The notes under the pieces were generated by a model. That model saw nothing but the letters and a program-made list of their open reading frames with translations. It was not told the origin of the DNA and searched no databases. DNA of 59,543 nucleotides, the filler included. It is 4 parts of 4 records of this genome, joined end to end, with 100 filler letters (N's around TTAATTAATTAA, not from the genome) between each part and the next. Parts side by side here need not be neighbours in the genome. Positions count along the whole stretch, not along the records: positions 1 to 13,937 come from SRR31156797_6598; 3 more parts are not named here. One strand, written 5' to 3'. Numbering within the stretch: the first letter of the stretch is position 1; each line of letters opens with the position of its first letter. Shown one piece after another: positions 1 through 9,773 of this stretch. Both the position numbers and the translations under genes were made by a program.

Positions 1-8
1 AAAAGGTT

Positions 9-50
9 CTCTGGTCCCGCTGAAAGCGACTGCCGGTAGGCCCGCCAGAG
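9..50. repeat. Short multi-hairpin intergenic element (REP-like or terminator), possibly cut by the window start
   Basis: CTCTGG (9-14) pairs with CCAGAG (45-50) and encloses hairpins CGCT-GAA-AGCG and GCC-GGTA-GGC; lies just past the stop of the minus-strand methyltransferase gene. Confidence 0.3.
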
Positions 51-58
51 GCATTCAC

Positions 59-1234
59 TTATTTTTGTTTACGGGTTCCGGCGTAGAGTTCGTATTCGAG
101 CAACCGACATTCGATTTTGGCGTTCCAGAAAATCTTACGACTCTTGGTACGCAAACCGATGCGCTTGGCAAGACTAGAGTTGCCAGTAAAGACGAAACCG
201 GACTTGCCGCCGCAATGCTTCTTGAAGAAATCTCCAATACCTTTGTACACGGCTTCGAGCTGCTGAATATCACCAAGCCGCTGCCCATATTCCGGGTTGA
301 GCATGACGATACCGGGGCCTTCAGGAATTTCTGTTTCCGAATAATCACAGAGGGCGAATTCGATAAAATCACCGACTCCTGCGAGCCGGGCATTATCCTT
401 GGCGGCCTCGATCGCTTCGGGATCGTGATCGGTCGCTATAATTCGACCTTTAATTTCTGGATTTTCGGCATCTTCGGCCTGACCAAGCATGTCATCCCAA
501 AGTTCTTGATCAAATCCAAGAAGCTGCTTGAAAGCGAAATCATCCCGCAACAAACCGGGAGCACCATTCAGAGCCATAAGAGCGGCCTCAATGGCAAGGG
601 TGCCTGCGCCACACATGGGACCGATGAAATGTCCCCCCTGCTTGGCAAGCTCAGGCCACCCTGAAGACAGCACACAGGCCGCAGCCAGCGTTTCCTGCAT
701 GGGAGCCTTGTGAGGGCGTTTGCGGTACCCACGTCGGGGCAAAGGGTCGCCTGTGGTATCGAGATAAATAGTCGCCTGATTTTCACGCCAATGCAGAAAC
801 AGACAGACACCAGTTGTCTCAGGGCCTGAATCCGGACGAACATCAAACAGGTCCATGAAACGGTCAGCCACGGCATCCTTGACTCGCAAACCAGCGAACC
901 GGGAATCTGTGACCGTTGTGTCGCGAATGGACGCATCCACTCGAAAATATCCGTCTTTGGCAATGAACTCTTCCCATTGAAGAGAACGAATCTCGCGATA
1001 GAGTTCGTCAGTATCAAAAGCGCGGAATCGCTTGAGCTCAAGAAGTACACGATGACCGGTTCGAATCCAGAGATTCAGGTTCATGCAATCCTTAAGTGAA
1101 CCATAGGTCTGAACGCCTGCATCCATGACATACCTGCGAGAATACCCGAGTTGCTCAAGCTCGCGGTCAAGATACTCGGGAATACCCTTGGGGCACGTGA
1201 CAAGAATGGGGGCCTTTTGAGAAAAAATATCCAT
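59..1234 (-). CDS. THUMP-domain class I SAM-dependent RNA methyltransferase (RlmL/YpsC-like)
   Basis: N-terminal THUMP region, RGYR..APMQETLAAA, PMCGAGT SAM motif, NPEYG motif; start set at MDIFSQK after GAGG. Confidence 0.9.
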   Translation of the reverse strand: MDIFSQKAPILVTCPKGIPEYLDRELEQLGYSRRYVMDAGVQTYGSLKDCMNLNLWIRTGHRVLLELKRFRAFDTDELYREIRSLQWEEFIAKDGYFRVDASIRDTTVTDSRFAGLRVKDAVADRFMDLFDVRPDSGPETTGVCLFLHWRENQATIYLDTTGDPLPRRGYRKRPHKAPMQETLAAACVLSSGWPELAKQGGHFIGPMCGAGTLAIEAALMALNGAPGLLRDDFAFKQLLGFDQELWDDMLGQAEDAENPEIKGRIIATDHDPEAIEAAKDNARLAGVGDFIEFALCDYSETEIPEGPGIVMLNPEYGQRLGDIQQLEAVYKGIGDFFKKHCGGKSGFVFTGNSSLAKRIGLRTKSRKIFWNAKIECRLLEYELYAGTRKQK

Positions 1235-1245
1235 AAAAACCTCGA

Positions 1246-2526
1246 TTATAAGGGACGCATGTCCCACTCGACCACAGGATCATGATCGGCGTCGGGACTG
1301 GATGAAGATTCAGATACGGAAGTAGTTCTGACATTGGGCAAAGGTTCAGAACGGGACAAGGCCAGAAAAAAGGCCAAGCCCATGGCAACGCCCAACGCCG
1401 GATCAAACAATAAGGGAGCAACCATCCCCTGGGTAAACAGGACCACAAACAACCCGGCACCCAGCCGGGACATCCTGCGATACAGCAAAACAAACAATAC
1501 AACCAGACAAAGCCCCGGAAGTACCATGCCCCACCCCAAAACAAGCCGAAGCCAGAATGCGGACACCTGCGGTAGATGCGCTCCCATGAGAGCCAATGAT
1601 CCGGTTGCGGCTTCCCAAAGCCCGTTCATTCCGGGCGGAAAAGTCAAAGGTAAAGCCTTGGTCAATGGAAGACCGGTCAAAAGCAGCATGGGGTCACTGA
1701 CAAATAGGGACAAGGATTTGGCCCACAGCCAATAGTCCACATAACGAACGGCTTCGGATGAAGTCGTGGGCAAAAGAAAGGTCACACCGATCAGCAAGAA
1801 AAAAGCAAGCAAAACAACAGTACGAACGGTCTTCGTTCCACGGCCAAAACAGAGAAAAATCCAACCGGCAGCAAACAGACCGGTCCGAGACAGAGTGGCT
1901 GCGATACCAAGCAAAATCAAGAGCCGCCACGCCGACCTTCCCTGATCCGGTTCATATACGCCGCCGTCATTTTCTCCACACCGAAGACTGGCGCACAAGG
2001 AAAGCAGGAGGAGTCCGGCCAGAATGTCTATATTCCCAATCCAGCGAGTAATAGGTGCACTGTGATAAACAGACACCTCGATAGCCAGATCAATGAGACA
2101 CAATAGGCCAAGCAAACCGCCATACCGTTGAAAATCAGCTCGATCCGGCAGACCAAACGTAATAATCCACAAAAAACAGAAAACAAGCATAACCACTGGC
2201 GTCAACTCGATAACCACTGGCACAAGGTGTTCCAACTGATGCACGAAATTTGGACCGTTTTCGGCCATGATGACAACGAGAGTGATGAACATTCCCACTT
2301 CAAAAAAGAACCGCTTTTTAAGACGAGCACCAGACCGGCGAAACAACATGGCGTAAATCGCCCCGATTCCGGCGAGAAGCAACCATGGCAGGAATGGAGA
2401 AACAGGTCGCGCCGAGGGCATGAATACACTCAATACTGTCGCCAACGGCACAGCCACATATGCAACGGCAAGAGGAAATGATGCCAGCCTGGTTATGGCT
2501 CCGAGTACGGGTCGTTCCTGTTTCAT
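1246..2526 (-). CDS. Polytopic membrane protein, possibly O-antigen ligase/polymerase-like
   Basis: Many hydrophobic segments; TLSRTG motif and a periplasmic loop as in Wzy_C/WaaL-like proteins; function uncertain. Confidence 0.6.
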   Translation of the reverse strand: MKQERPVLGAITRLASFPLAVAYVAVPLATVLSVFMPSARPVSPFLPWLLLAGIGAIYAMLFRRSGARLKKRFFFEVGMFITLVVIMAENGPNFVHQLEHLVPVVIELTPVVMLVFCFLWIITFGLPDRADFQRYGGLLGLLCLIDLAIEVSVYHSAPITRWIGNIDILAGLLLLSLCASLRCGENDGGVYEPDQGRSAWRLLILLGIAATLSRTGLFAAGWIFLCFGRGTKTVRTVVLLAFFLLIGVTFLLPTTSSEAVRYVDYWLWAKSLSLFVSDPMLLLTGLPLTKALPLTFPPGMNGLWEAATGSLALMGAHLPQVSAFWLRLVLGWGMVLPGLCLVVLFVLLYRRMSRLGAGLFVVLFTQGMVAPLLFDPALGVAMGLAFFLALSRSEPLPNVRTTSVSESSSSPDADHDPVVEWDMRPL

Positions 2527-2814
2527 ACGCACCGTCAGTTACCTTGTTGGGTAGCGCAGGTAAAGGCGGATTACACACTCCAAAAGAGTCCCCCCAAAGC
2601 CCCACGAAAACGAAATTCTCAACCCACCGCCATCATTGAATATTTGTCGGAGAACCACAGGGGCAAATGTAACATATTGATATAAATAGTTAATTTTACA
2701 ACCACCTAAAGAAATTGAAAATATTGTCCGATACAAAAAAATCCTGTATGGTGGCATGGTGTTACCAAGCCTGGGGGGGCATGTGTGGACAACGATATTC
2801 CGATAGGAGTGTCC

Positions 2815-3357
2815 ATGAAAAAGGTTGCACTGATTAATTCCGGGAAACCGGTTTTCACTGCATTTTTCCTTACTCTGCTACTCGGAATTTTACCGGGATG
2901 CGCAGTAGTAGGTCCGTTGTTGAGTCTGGGCAGTTTTGCCGGACTCGCGCCACTTCAGTATATTTCGACAGCCTATACTGTCGGCGAATTCTCCTATGAG
3001 TACGCTGCCAATGACAAGGACCCCGGTGAAGTCATTGAGGGCAAGATCAACGCCATGGTTTCCGGCGAAGCATTTGAACTGCCCGAATATATGCAGGCCG
3101 ACCCCGCTGGTCCCGAAGCCCCTGTCATGGTTGCGGAAGCAAAGACTGACCACACACCATCCATGGCCGAGGAAGCCCGGCAGCAACGAATTGAAAATCT
3201 CATGGGCCGCCGTCAGGTACAATTTGAACGATTGGAACTGCGACGCATGGCCTTTCTCAAGGCACAATCCAACAATGAGTTAAGCCTTCGCCAGACAGCA
3301 ATGTCCGAAAAGACAAACCTGTTCCGAGGTGCCGTTGACGAGGTCTCATTGGACTAA
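2815..3357 (+). CDS. Hypothetical lipoprotein
   Basis: AGGAG RBS before ATG 2815; signal peptide ending ILPGC; followed by a terminator. Confidence 0.7.
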   Translation: MKKVALINSGKPVFTAFFLTLLLGILPGCAVVGPLLSLGSFAGLAPLQYISTAYTVGEFSYEYAANDKDPGEVIEGKINAMVSGEAFELPEYMQADPAGPEAPVMVAEAKTDHTPSMAEEARQQRIENLMGRRQVQFERLELRRMAFLKAQSNNELSLRQTAMSEKTNLFRGAVDEVSLD

Positions 3358-3382
3358 TTGCACCCGCTCTCCGCTGAATTTC

Positions 3383-3415
3383 AGGCACACGTCCCACCGG
3401 ATGTGTGCCTTTTTT
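3383..3415 (+). terminator. Rho-independent terminator
   Basis: Stem AGGCACACGTCC/GGATGTGTGCCT followed by a T-run. Confidence 0.8.
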
Positions 3416-3461
3416 CGTCTGGATAAATAAAACCAACATGCGTATATCCTTTTTCAACACT

Positions 3462-4346
3462 ATGAAAAAATCACTCACATATACATACGTTCTGCTCATT
3501 ACCAGCATGATGCTGTGGGGCGGCACTTGGGTGGCTGGCCGGGTTCTGGTTCAGTACATACACCCCATGTCCGCAGCTTTCCTACGCTTTACGTTCGCCT
3601 CAGCAACGCTCATCCTGATGTGCTGGAAAACGGAAGGACGCATTCCTCGACTCGCCCGCAACGAAATCATACCGGTCCTCGGCCTCGGTGCGACGGGCGT
3701 ATTCGCCTATAGCTACTTCTTTTTCACCGGACTACAGACGACTTCAGCCGGACGAGCCGCGCTCATAGTGGCCTGTATTCCGGTCTGCATCTCCGTACTC
3801 TCGGCCTTGTTCTACAAGGAAAGATTCGGCCCGATACGCATCGTTGGCGCACTGATTTCTCTCGTCGGGGTATCCGTGGTCATCGCCAACGGCAGTCCTC
3901 TCGCCCTTCTCTCCGAAGGAGTGAGCCGGGGAGACTTCCTGATTCTCGGCTGTGTGGCCAGTTGGACCGCCTATACGATGGGTGGACGATCAGTCACAAA
4001 AACTCTGTCTCCCCTCACTTCAGTGGCATGGTCCTGCATTTTCGGAACGATGCTACTCATCCCCGCAGCCTTCGCAAACGGCCTGATTTCGGATATCGGC
4101 AACGTCCCGCCCGTGGGATGGGTTTGTGTCGTCTTTCTCGGAGTTCTCGCGACAGGATTCGCTTATTGTTGGTACTATGAAGCCATTTCCATCATCGGTG
4201 CATCCAGATCAGGTATCTTCATCAACACGGTCCCTATATTCGCCGTAATCATGGGTTTTTTCCTGCTGGATGAACCTATCCATCTTTCTTTAGCCCTCGG
4301 TGGCTTCATGGTCATCACAGGCGTATACCTAACGAACAGACATTAA
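3462..4346 (+). CDS. DMT/EamA family transporter
   Basis: About 10 TM helices in two EamA repeats; LWGGTWVAGR start and PIFAVIMGFFLLDEPI end. Confidence 0.9.
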   Translation: MKKSLTYTYVLLITSMMLWGGTWVAGRVLVQYIHPMSAAFLRFTFASATLILMCWKTEGRIPRLARNEIIPVLGLGATGVFAYSYFFFTGLQTTSAGRAALIVACIPVCISVLSALFYKERFGPIRIVGALISLVGVSVVIANGSPLALLSEGVSRGDFLILGCVASWTAYTMGGRSVTKTLSPLTSVAWSCIFGTMLLIPAAFANGLISDIGNVPPVGWVCVVFLGVLATGFAYCWYYEAISIIGASRSGIFINTVPIFAVIMGFFLLDEPIHLSLALGGFMVITGVYLTNRH

Positions 4347-4404
4347 TCCTCTCATTGCCAATCCACAGAGCTTGGCGCACAATGGGTTCTCCAAGGAGGA
4401 CATC

Positions 4405-4614
4405 ATGGAAAAACGTTTGGAACGACTGGAAAGCCTTGTGGCTCTTCAGGACAGGACCATGGAAAAACTGAACGATCAGTTGTTTGAACAACAACAGCAG
4501 ATCACAGGTTTGGAACAATTGGTACGTCGGTTGGCGGGTAAAGTCCGCGAACTGGATGCAGACATGGAACAATCAGGCGGATTGGACGTTCCGCCGCCTC
4601 ACTATAACGGATAA
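4405..4614 (+). CDS. slyX: SlyX family protein
   Basis: RLERLESLVALQDRTMEKLN coiled coil and terminal PPPHY motif; AAGGAGG RBS. Confidence 0.9.
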   Translation: MEKRLERLESLVALQDRTMEKLNDQLFEQQQQITGLEQLVRRLAGKVRELDADMEQSGGLDVPPPHYNG

Positions 4615-4623
4615 AGGCGTCCC

Positions 4624-5136
4624 ATGACACACCCTACGGCACAGCAAATCATTGACCATCTCGGACTCATCCCGCACCCGGAAGAAGGCGGCTGGTTTCT
4701 CGAAACCCACCGTTCCAATGAATCTTTTGTGCAAGAGATTTTGCCCAAACGGTATTCCGGCAGTCGCTGCCACTCTACGGCCATTTACTATCTGCTGACC
4801 CCGGACACCTATTCTCACATGCACCGCCTCGTGACCGATGAAATATTTCATTTTTATGCAGGAGATCCGTGCGAGATGCTCCAGCTTCATCCAAATGGAA
4901 ATGGGGAAATCATTACTTTAGGAAACGACCTGCTGTCCGACCAAAAGCCACAGATAAGAGTTCCGAGTTCCTCGTGGCAGGGCATGCGCCTCCTCCCCGG
5001 TGGCACCTTCGCCCTCATGGGTTGCACTGTCGCTCCAGGCTTTGAATTCGCAGACTATTCACACGGCACACGACATGCTCTTATCGAAGAATTCCCTGAC
5101 TTCGAAGCGCAAATCACGCGATTGACAGCCAAATAA
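4624..5136 (+). CDS. Cupin_5 (DUF985) family protein
   Basis: LGLIPHPEEGGWF, STAIYYLL, HRLVTDEIFHFYAG, GCTVAPGFEFAD motifs. Confidence 0.9.
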   Translation: MTHPTAQQIIDHLGLIPHPEEGGWFLETHRSNESFVQEILPKRYSGSRCHSTAIYYLLTPDTYSHMHRLVTDEIFHFYAGDPCEMLQLHPNGNGEIITLGNDLLSDQKPQIRVPSSSWQGMRLLPGGTFALMGCTVAPGFEFADYSHGTRHALIEEFPDFEAQITRLTAK

Positions 5137-5170
5137 GAAGGGGCGTCTTCGTATGAAGACGCCCCCTTTC
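5137..5170. terminator. Hairpin between convergent genes, likely bidirectional terminator
   Basis: Perfect 11-bp stem GGGGCGTCTTC-GTAT-GAAGACGCCCC between the cupin gene and the tail operon. Confidence 0.8.
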
Positions 5171-5188
5171 ACAAATCGACACAAACGC

Positions 5189-5785
5189 TTATACCGACTC
5201 AACGTAACAGACTTCTATGGTCTGCACTTCCTCAGCAGTAACCGCCGCATCCAATCTGTCCTGATAGGCAAGCCGTTGGCCGACAATCGCCCCGGCAATC
5301 AATTCCCAAGCGGCACGGTTTTCAATTATATGCTCTGCCAATGTGGACACGTCCATGCCCCTATTCACGGCAATGATGTCCAAAAGCGGCACACTGGCCT
5401 CGGGGTCAGTACGATATGCAAGGGCTTCGGAATACTGTTGTCCCCAAGTCTGCCGCTCCATCAACCCATACTTGCCTTCAACCTCCATGATAAAGGAATC
5501 CGCAAGATTGGATATTTCCCGCTGTTTAGCTTTGCGGGCGGCATTCATTTTGGCAATTTCATCCACTGTGGCCGTGATGATGCTCTCCCGATAGACCAAA
5601 TCATCATTTTTGCACCACTCGGTTTCATAGGCTGTAAACGGCTCCCGATCGATGGGGACGGCTTCATTATATCCCAACTCATCCCACTGTTCTCGAGATA
5701 GATCAGAAAATTTTCGAATAAGACCGTTGTGTTCGACTTTGGCCGGGGGATTCTGTCGATAAGTACCATCGGAATATCTAAACAT
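5189..5785 (-). CDS. Phage tail-fibre assembly/chaperone-like protein
   Basis: ERQTWGQQYSEALAY..PLLDIIAVNRG pattern typical of proteins encoded after tail fibres; AAGGAG RBS before MFRYSDG. Confidence 0.7.
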   Translation of the reverse strand: MFRYSDGTYRQNPPAKVEHNGLIRKFSDLSREQWDELGYNEAVPIDREPFTAYETEWCKNDDLVYRESIITATVDEIAKMNAARKAKQREISNLADSFIMEVEGKYGLMERQTWGQQYSEALAYRTDPEASVPLLDIIAVNRGMDVSTLAEHIIENRAAWELIAGAIVGQRLAYQDRLDAAVTAEEVQTIEVCYVESV

Positions 5786-5795
5786 GATGTTCTCC

Positions 5796-8279
5796 TTAAA
5801 ATGCGTTGCTGTATTTTGTTGATTCAAGAATGGCGAGACCAACGACTGTACTGGCAGCACCATTGATCCACGCATCCGAACGAATGACCTTAAAGCCCTG
5901 CGATGTCGCAAGGACAACATTCCCTGTCCACTCGGCGCTATTATCCGAGGGGATAAGCCCCTCGTTGACCGGATTGGTCATTGACCTCCGGGTATCGAAG
6001 TTCTGCCAATCAGTAGATGAAGACGCTGTATTTTTGAGGAAGGGAACCGAAAGCAGCTTCCCGCCAAGGCTCACAAACGGACCGTCAGCAAGGCCATTGC
6101 CAACATACGAAAAGGCCTTGAACACGTCTGAATCAGTGAACAGGTACGCGACATATTGACCCGTCGGCGCGTCGTGCGAAAAGCCAAATGAGGTGGCTGT
6201 ATTACTCCACGACATAGAGCTTGCAGCGGTGGTATCAAATTTCAACCCAAAGGCTTGCCCGAGAGCAGTATGGTATATGCGCCAAGGATCTTCCCCGTCC
6301 CTCCGCTTGACCATTGCGAAGGTTACAGGTTTTCCAAATCGATGCTCCACGGTGGTTTCAACGCCTGAAACATGATCAAATGTCACAATCTCAAACCCAT
6401 GCGCACTTCCGGCCTTCAAACAAAGATCGATAAACCTGTCATCAAGTTTATTGCAATTATCATTCGGACCTAATGAATATCCATTGCTATCAAACGATTT
6501 GAGAGCAATGGCAGACGATCTTTCCCACACATCGTAGTTTGTATTCAACATCTTTGTCGCGCCACGCCTAGAGTCGTAAAGTGTCCACTTAAAAGAACAA
6601 TCCCTATTTTTTATATTTACAAAATCAGGACAAAAACCCAATGAGCCAATAGCTGTGGTCCCCACTTTTCCAGTAAAGAATTGAGCTTCGATAAGGTACA
6701 CCGTATCCACGCCCGCCCCCGGAATCAGCATCCGATGTTGCAGATATGCGACAGACCCTGCGTAATCTATGGTAGCGACTTTTTCGTCAGTAATGGTTAG
6801 GGTTCCAAGCGTTTCCCAATGTGTTCCATCATCCGACCCCTGGAATTGTATTTCACGAGAATGATGTTGATAGGTAATTCCATAATTGGAAGCCCCGTAC
6901 CACCGTGCGCGGGAAATTAATTTCGGCTCATCCCATATCTTTCCAATCATCGGAGATAAGCCAGCATTGGCCAACCTCTGAGAACCATTGGAACTGATGG
7001 ACAAAGTTATTCCATTAAATGCTTTGCTCAGATTACCGTCTGAATTGTATGTCCACGTACTTCCAATCGGTATGCCGGCAGCACCATCAACAAGATGTGC
7101 TCCTGCATCCTCGCCTTCTCCCACCCGACAGACGATATCTACAACGGTTGCAGAGACAAGAGGACAGGGAGTTGGGAGTTTACTGGAACAAAGCGGCAGA
7201 TATCCGGCGGGAAGCCAATCGGAGTCTTCGGAACCAAAAGAGACAACACTGCTCAGGGTATCTCCACGGTTGTACTTGCCAAATACCGGGACATAGTCCC
7301 CATCAGACACTGTGGCGACGGTCCCTACAGCAACTCCGTTGTTCCAAATTTCGACGAGAGAATCATCCCTCATGATCCTGAGTTCTCTCAAATCAGCATC
7401 ATACATGATGATTGCTAACGAAGGGAGCAAATTATTTTTAGCGACACTCCCGCCCCAGGAATCACCTGTTAGGCCAACCATGCTTTTGGATGCGCCCTTA
7501 ACCTTCATGATTCCGGAAAAAGCTTGAGTCCCTGACATCGCAGTCGTTTCAACTCTCCATGCCCAACGACCAGTCTTCGGCAAAACATATGTGCCTGTGG
7601 ACCACTCATCGCCTGCACCACCAGTGCATTTTCTGACACAATTTCCATGGGAATACTGAACCGTCCCGTTGTCCAACGAAGACAAAGGATTCAATACACA
7701 AAAGTTATTGGTGGGCGTATCCATGGTCTGCGTGGCATTATTAAAGGTCCAATCATTCCCATTGCCAGAACTGTCTTTTCCCAATCTGGAGGCATCCGAG
7801 AAATTCAGACAGGTATGTTTTATAATATATTCATCCAGCTTCTGACGCCGAACGACAAGACCGGAAACAATATCTGACACTTCCAGAAAATAAAAAGGAT
7901 TTGGCCATGTTGCATTATCATCAAAAACAATCAGGTCAGAATAATAGCCCTTGTCAGTTCCGGCAAACTCAGTCAGGACAGCCGACACGAAAGCGGCATG
8001 GGTTGAAGGGACAGCCCCGGAGAACTCTCCGATTTTCACTGTATTTTTGTAAACATTGACGCGAAGGTTCCCGACTTTCTGAATAGTGATCCAATAGTGA
8101 TTCGTCGGATCGCCAAGCGGTTTGACGGGATTAACGGCTGTCGGCTTGAATCCAAAATGGATTGTACAACCATACCCAACCGTGGCTGAAGAGGAGAACC
8201 CCGACTCACAAAGGACGGAATAGGCTATCTCAATCGGATAGACAGCCCTTCCACCACCTGTTTCCTTTGGTGTGAGCAT
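5796..8279 (-). CDS. Phage tail fibre / receptor-binding protein (SPRY/concanavalin-like and discoidin-like domains)
   Basis: GKDSSGNGNDWT..DTPTNNFCVLNPL, SPRY-like GRWAWRVE, F5/8-like FQGSDDGTHWETL, GFCPDFVNIKNRD and YVGNGLADGPFV motifs seen in phage fibres. Confidence 0.75.
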   Translation of the reverse strand: MLTPKETGGGRAVYPIEIAYSVLCESGFSSSATVGYGCTIHFGFKPTAVNPVKPLGDPTNHYWITIQKVGNLRVNVYKNTVKIGEFSGAVPSTHAAFVSAVLTEFAGTDKGYYSDLIVFDDNATWPNPFYFLEVSDIVSGLVVRRQKLDEYIIKHTCLNFSDASRLGKDSSGNGNDWTFNNATQTMDTPTNNFCVLNPLSSLDNGTVQYSHGNCVRKCTGGAGDEWSTGTYVLPKTGRWAWRVETTAMSGTQAFSGIMKVKGASKSMVGLTGDSWGGSVAKNNLLPSLAIIMYDADLRELRIMRDDSLVEIWNNGVAVGTVATVSDGDYVPVFGKYNRGDTLSSVVSFGSEDSDWLPAGYLPLCSSKLPTPCPLVSATVVDIVCRVGEGEDAGAHLVDGAAGIPIGSTWTYNSDGNLSKAFNGITLSISSNGSQRLANAGLSPMIGKIWDEPKLISRARWYGASNYGITYQHHSREIQFQGSDDGTHWETLGTLTITDEKVATIDYAGSVAYLQHRMLIPGAGVDTVYLIEAQFFTGKVGTTAIGSLGFCPDFVNIKNRDCSFKWTLYDSRRGATKMLNTNYDVWERSSAIALKSFDSNGYSLGPNDNCNKLDDRFIDLCLKAGSAHGFEIVTFDHVSGVETTVEHRFGKPVTFAMVKRRDGEDPWRIYHTALGQAFGLKFDTTAASSMSWSNTATSFGFSHDAPTGQYVAYLFTDSDVFKAFSYVGNGLADGPFVSLGGKLLSVPFLKNTASSSTDWQNFDTRRSMTNPVNEGLIPSDNSAEWTGNVVLATSQGFKVIRSDAWINGAASTVVGLAILESTKYSNAF

Positions 8280-8281
8280 GA

Positions 8282-9268
8282 CTAGACCTCCATATTCTGC
8301 ACAACAAGAATGGTCTTGCGTGCATTGAATTGCTCAACCACCACACGAATTTCCCCAGCCAATGGATTGGGACTCGCCAGCATTTCACTCATCTTGTAAG
8401 AAACTGCCAGATTCAATTCGTAGCCTGCGGGATATACGTGAAAGACATAGGTCCCATCATACGGCAGGGATACATCCGTAAAATGGCTTTCTTCCGTTAG
8501 GGTCCAGACAACATGATTGCGTTCCACCACCAGTTCGGACAAATCCGTACCGGTATGTACCTGGGCCTCATCTCCATAGACAGCCTTGAGCAAACTGCCG
8601 GAAAGAGTCCGAACGATGTTCCCTTCCGAATCAATGGTCTGAAGAACTTCCTCTCCGGTACTGCAACAGGACACAGCCATACCAGTCGCTCCAAAACCAA
8701 GGCCAATCAAGGCCTCCGTGGGATTCGTGGCCCCGGTTCCGCCCTGCGTCACAGAGATAGGAACAGCAACCTGACCAAAATCTATGATCTCCTTATTTTC
8801 CAAATTATCTTGAGCGGCATTCCAACCAAGGACGTTGTCTGCGGCTGGTTCCGGCAAAACCAAACCTTCTACGGCGGATGAAATGCGCAACGAGATCGTC
8901 CTATCGAGCCGTTCCGACAACGCCTGACAAATCATGGTCAGCTTATCCAGAGCCGCTTCATGAGATGCGGCAGGAAAAGCCCCGTTTTCAAGATAATCCG
9001 CCTCCTGGGTCAAAACAGGGCTGCGACGCACAAACAAAACTTCTTCCTTCTGCAAAGTGCGACTCATATGACATACACCGCAGGACTGTTCTCCGGCCCC
9101 AGTCAAAGTATAATCAGAACCCAGAACCTGAACGGTTTCGACTCCTTCAGCATCACTCACAAGGACTTCAACGTCTTCATCCCGCATAAACATAAACGGC
9201 AGTTCAAAAACACGAGTCGACCCATTTCCACTAAAATATTCTTTTGTCTTCAATGATGCGATAGTCAT
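8282..9268 (-). CDS. Phage tail fibre N-terminal anchor protein (T7 gp17 N-term-like)
   Basis: FSGNGSTRVFELPF..DYTLTGAG..RRSPVLTQEADY..FPAASHEAALDKLTMICQ plus VPISVTQGGTGAT fibre motif. Confidence 0.8.
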   Translation of the reverse strand: MTIASLKTKEYFSGNGSTRVFELPFMFMRDEDVEVLVSDAEGVETVQVLGSDYTLTGAGEQSCGVCHMSRTLQKEEVLFVRRSPVLTQEADYLENGAFPAASHEAALDKLTMICQALSERLDRTISLRISSAVEGLVLPEPAADNVLGWNAAQDNLENKEIIDFGQVAVPISVTQGGTGATNPTEALIGLGFGATGMAVSCCSTGEEVLQTIDSEGNIVRTLSGSLLKAVYGDEAQVHTGTDLSELVVERNHVVWTLTEESHFTDVSLPYDGTYVFHVYPAGYELNLAVSYKMSEMLASPNPLAGEIRVVVEQFNARKTILVVQNMEV

Positions 9269-9270
9269 GG

Positions 9271-9738
9271 CTATTTCCCTGTTCCGTAGATTTTCGATCC
9301 CATAGATAAAATGGAACGATTGGGTGACGCGCCACTATTGATACGCAACATATTCGCGCTATTTCTCCCACCCTGAAGATCGGATTCGGCATTTGCAGCT
9401 CCCTCGAACAACACGTCGTCTTCATCCTGCCTATCCTGAATGCGATCAGCATCCCGAACGAGTGCCTTGGAGCCAGACATGGCGAGATTTGACCCGCCCC
9501 ACCCGGCAGCACGTCTGGACCGGCCACGCTCCCTCTCGGATCGCAAGTTTTCAGCGTCACCTGCGGCATGCCGCTCTGTTTCCCAGGCCTTGCGTTTGGC
9601 ATCAACTTCCATGAGCTTGGCCTGCTCTTCAGTGGAATTATTACCCGAAGAAGGTTTCCCCACCATTTTCTGAAAATCCTGGACCAGTCCCAGTCCGTCT
9701 TGAACCATGTTTAAAGCCTGCGTCGAATTGGTTCCCAT
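9271..9738 (-). CDS. Putative internal virion (ejection) protein
   Basis: Small Gly/Ala-rich helical protein with RAAGWGGSNLAMSGS; lies between nozzle and fibre genes as in podoviral gene order. Confidence 0.5.
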   Translation of the reverse strand: MGTNSTQALNMVQDGLGLVQDFQKMVGKPSSGNNSTEEQAKLMEVDAKRKAWETERHAAGDAENLRSERERGRSRRAAGWGGSNLAMSGSKALVRDADRIQDRQDEDDVLFEGAANAESDLQGGRNSANMLRINSGASPNRSILSMGSKIYGTGK

Positions 9739-9773
9739 AATCTTATCCTTATATATTTCAGGGTTTATCCCGG

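Noticed and set aside
5153-5701. 182-aa plus-strand ORF
   Set aside because: Antisense shadow of the tail chaperone gene; starts inside a terminator; no motifs
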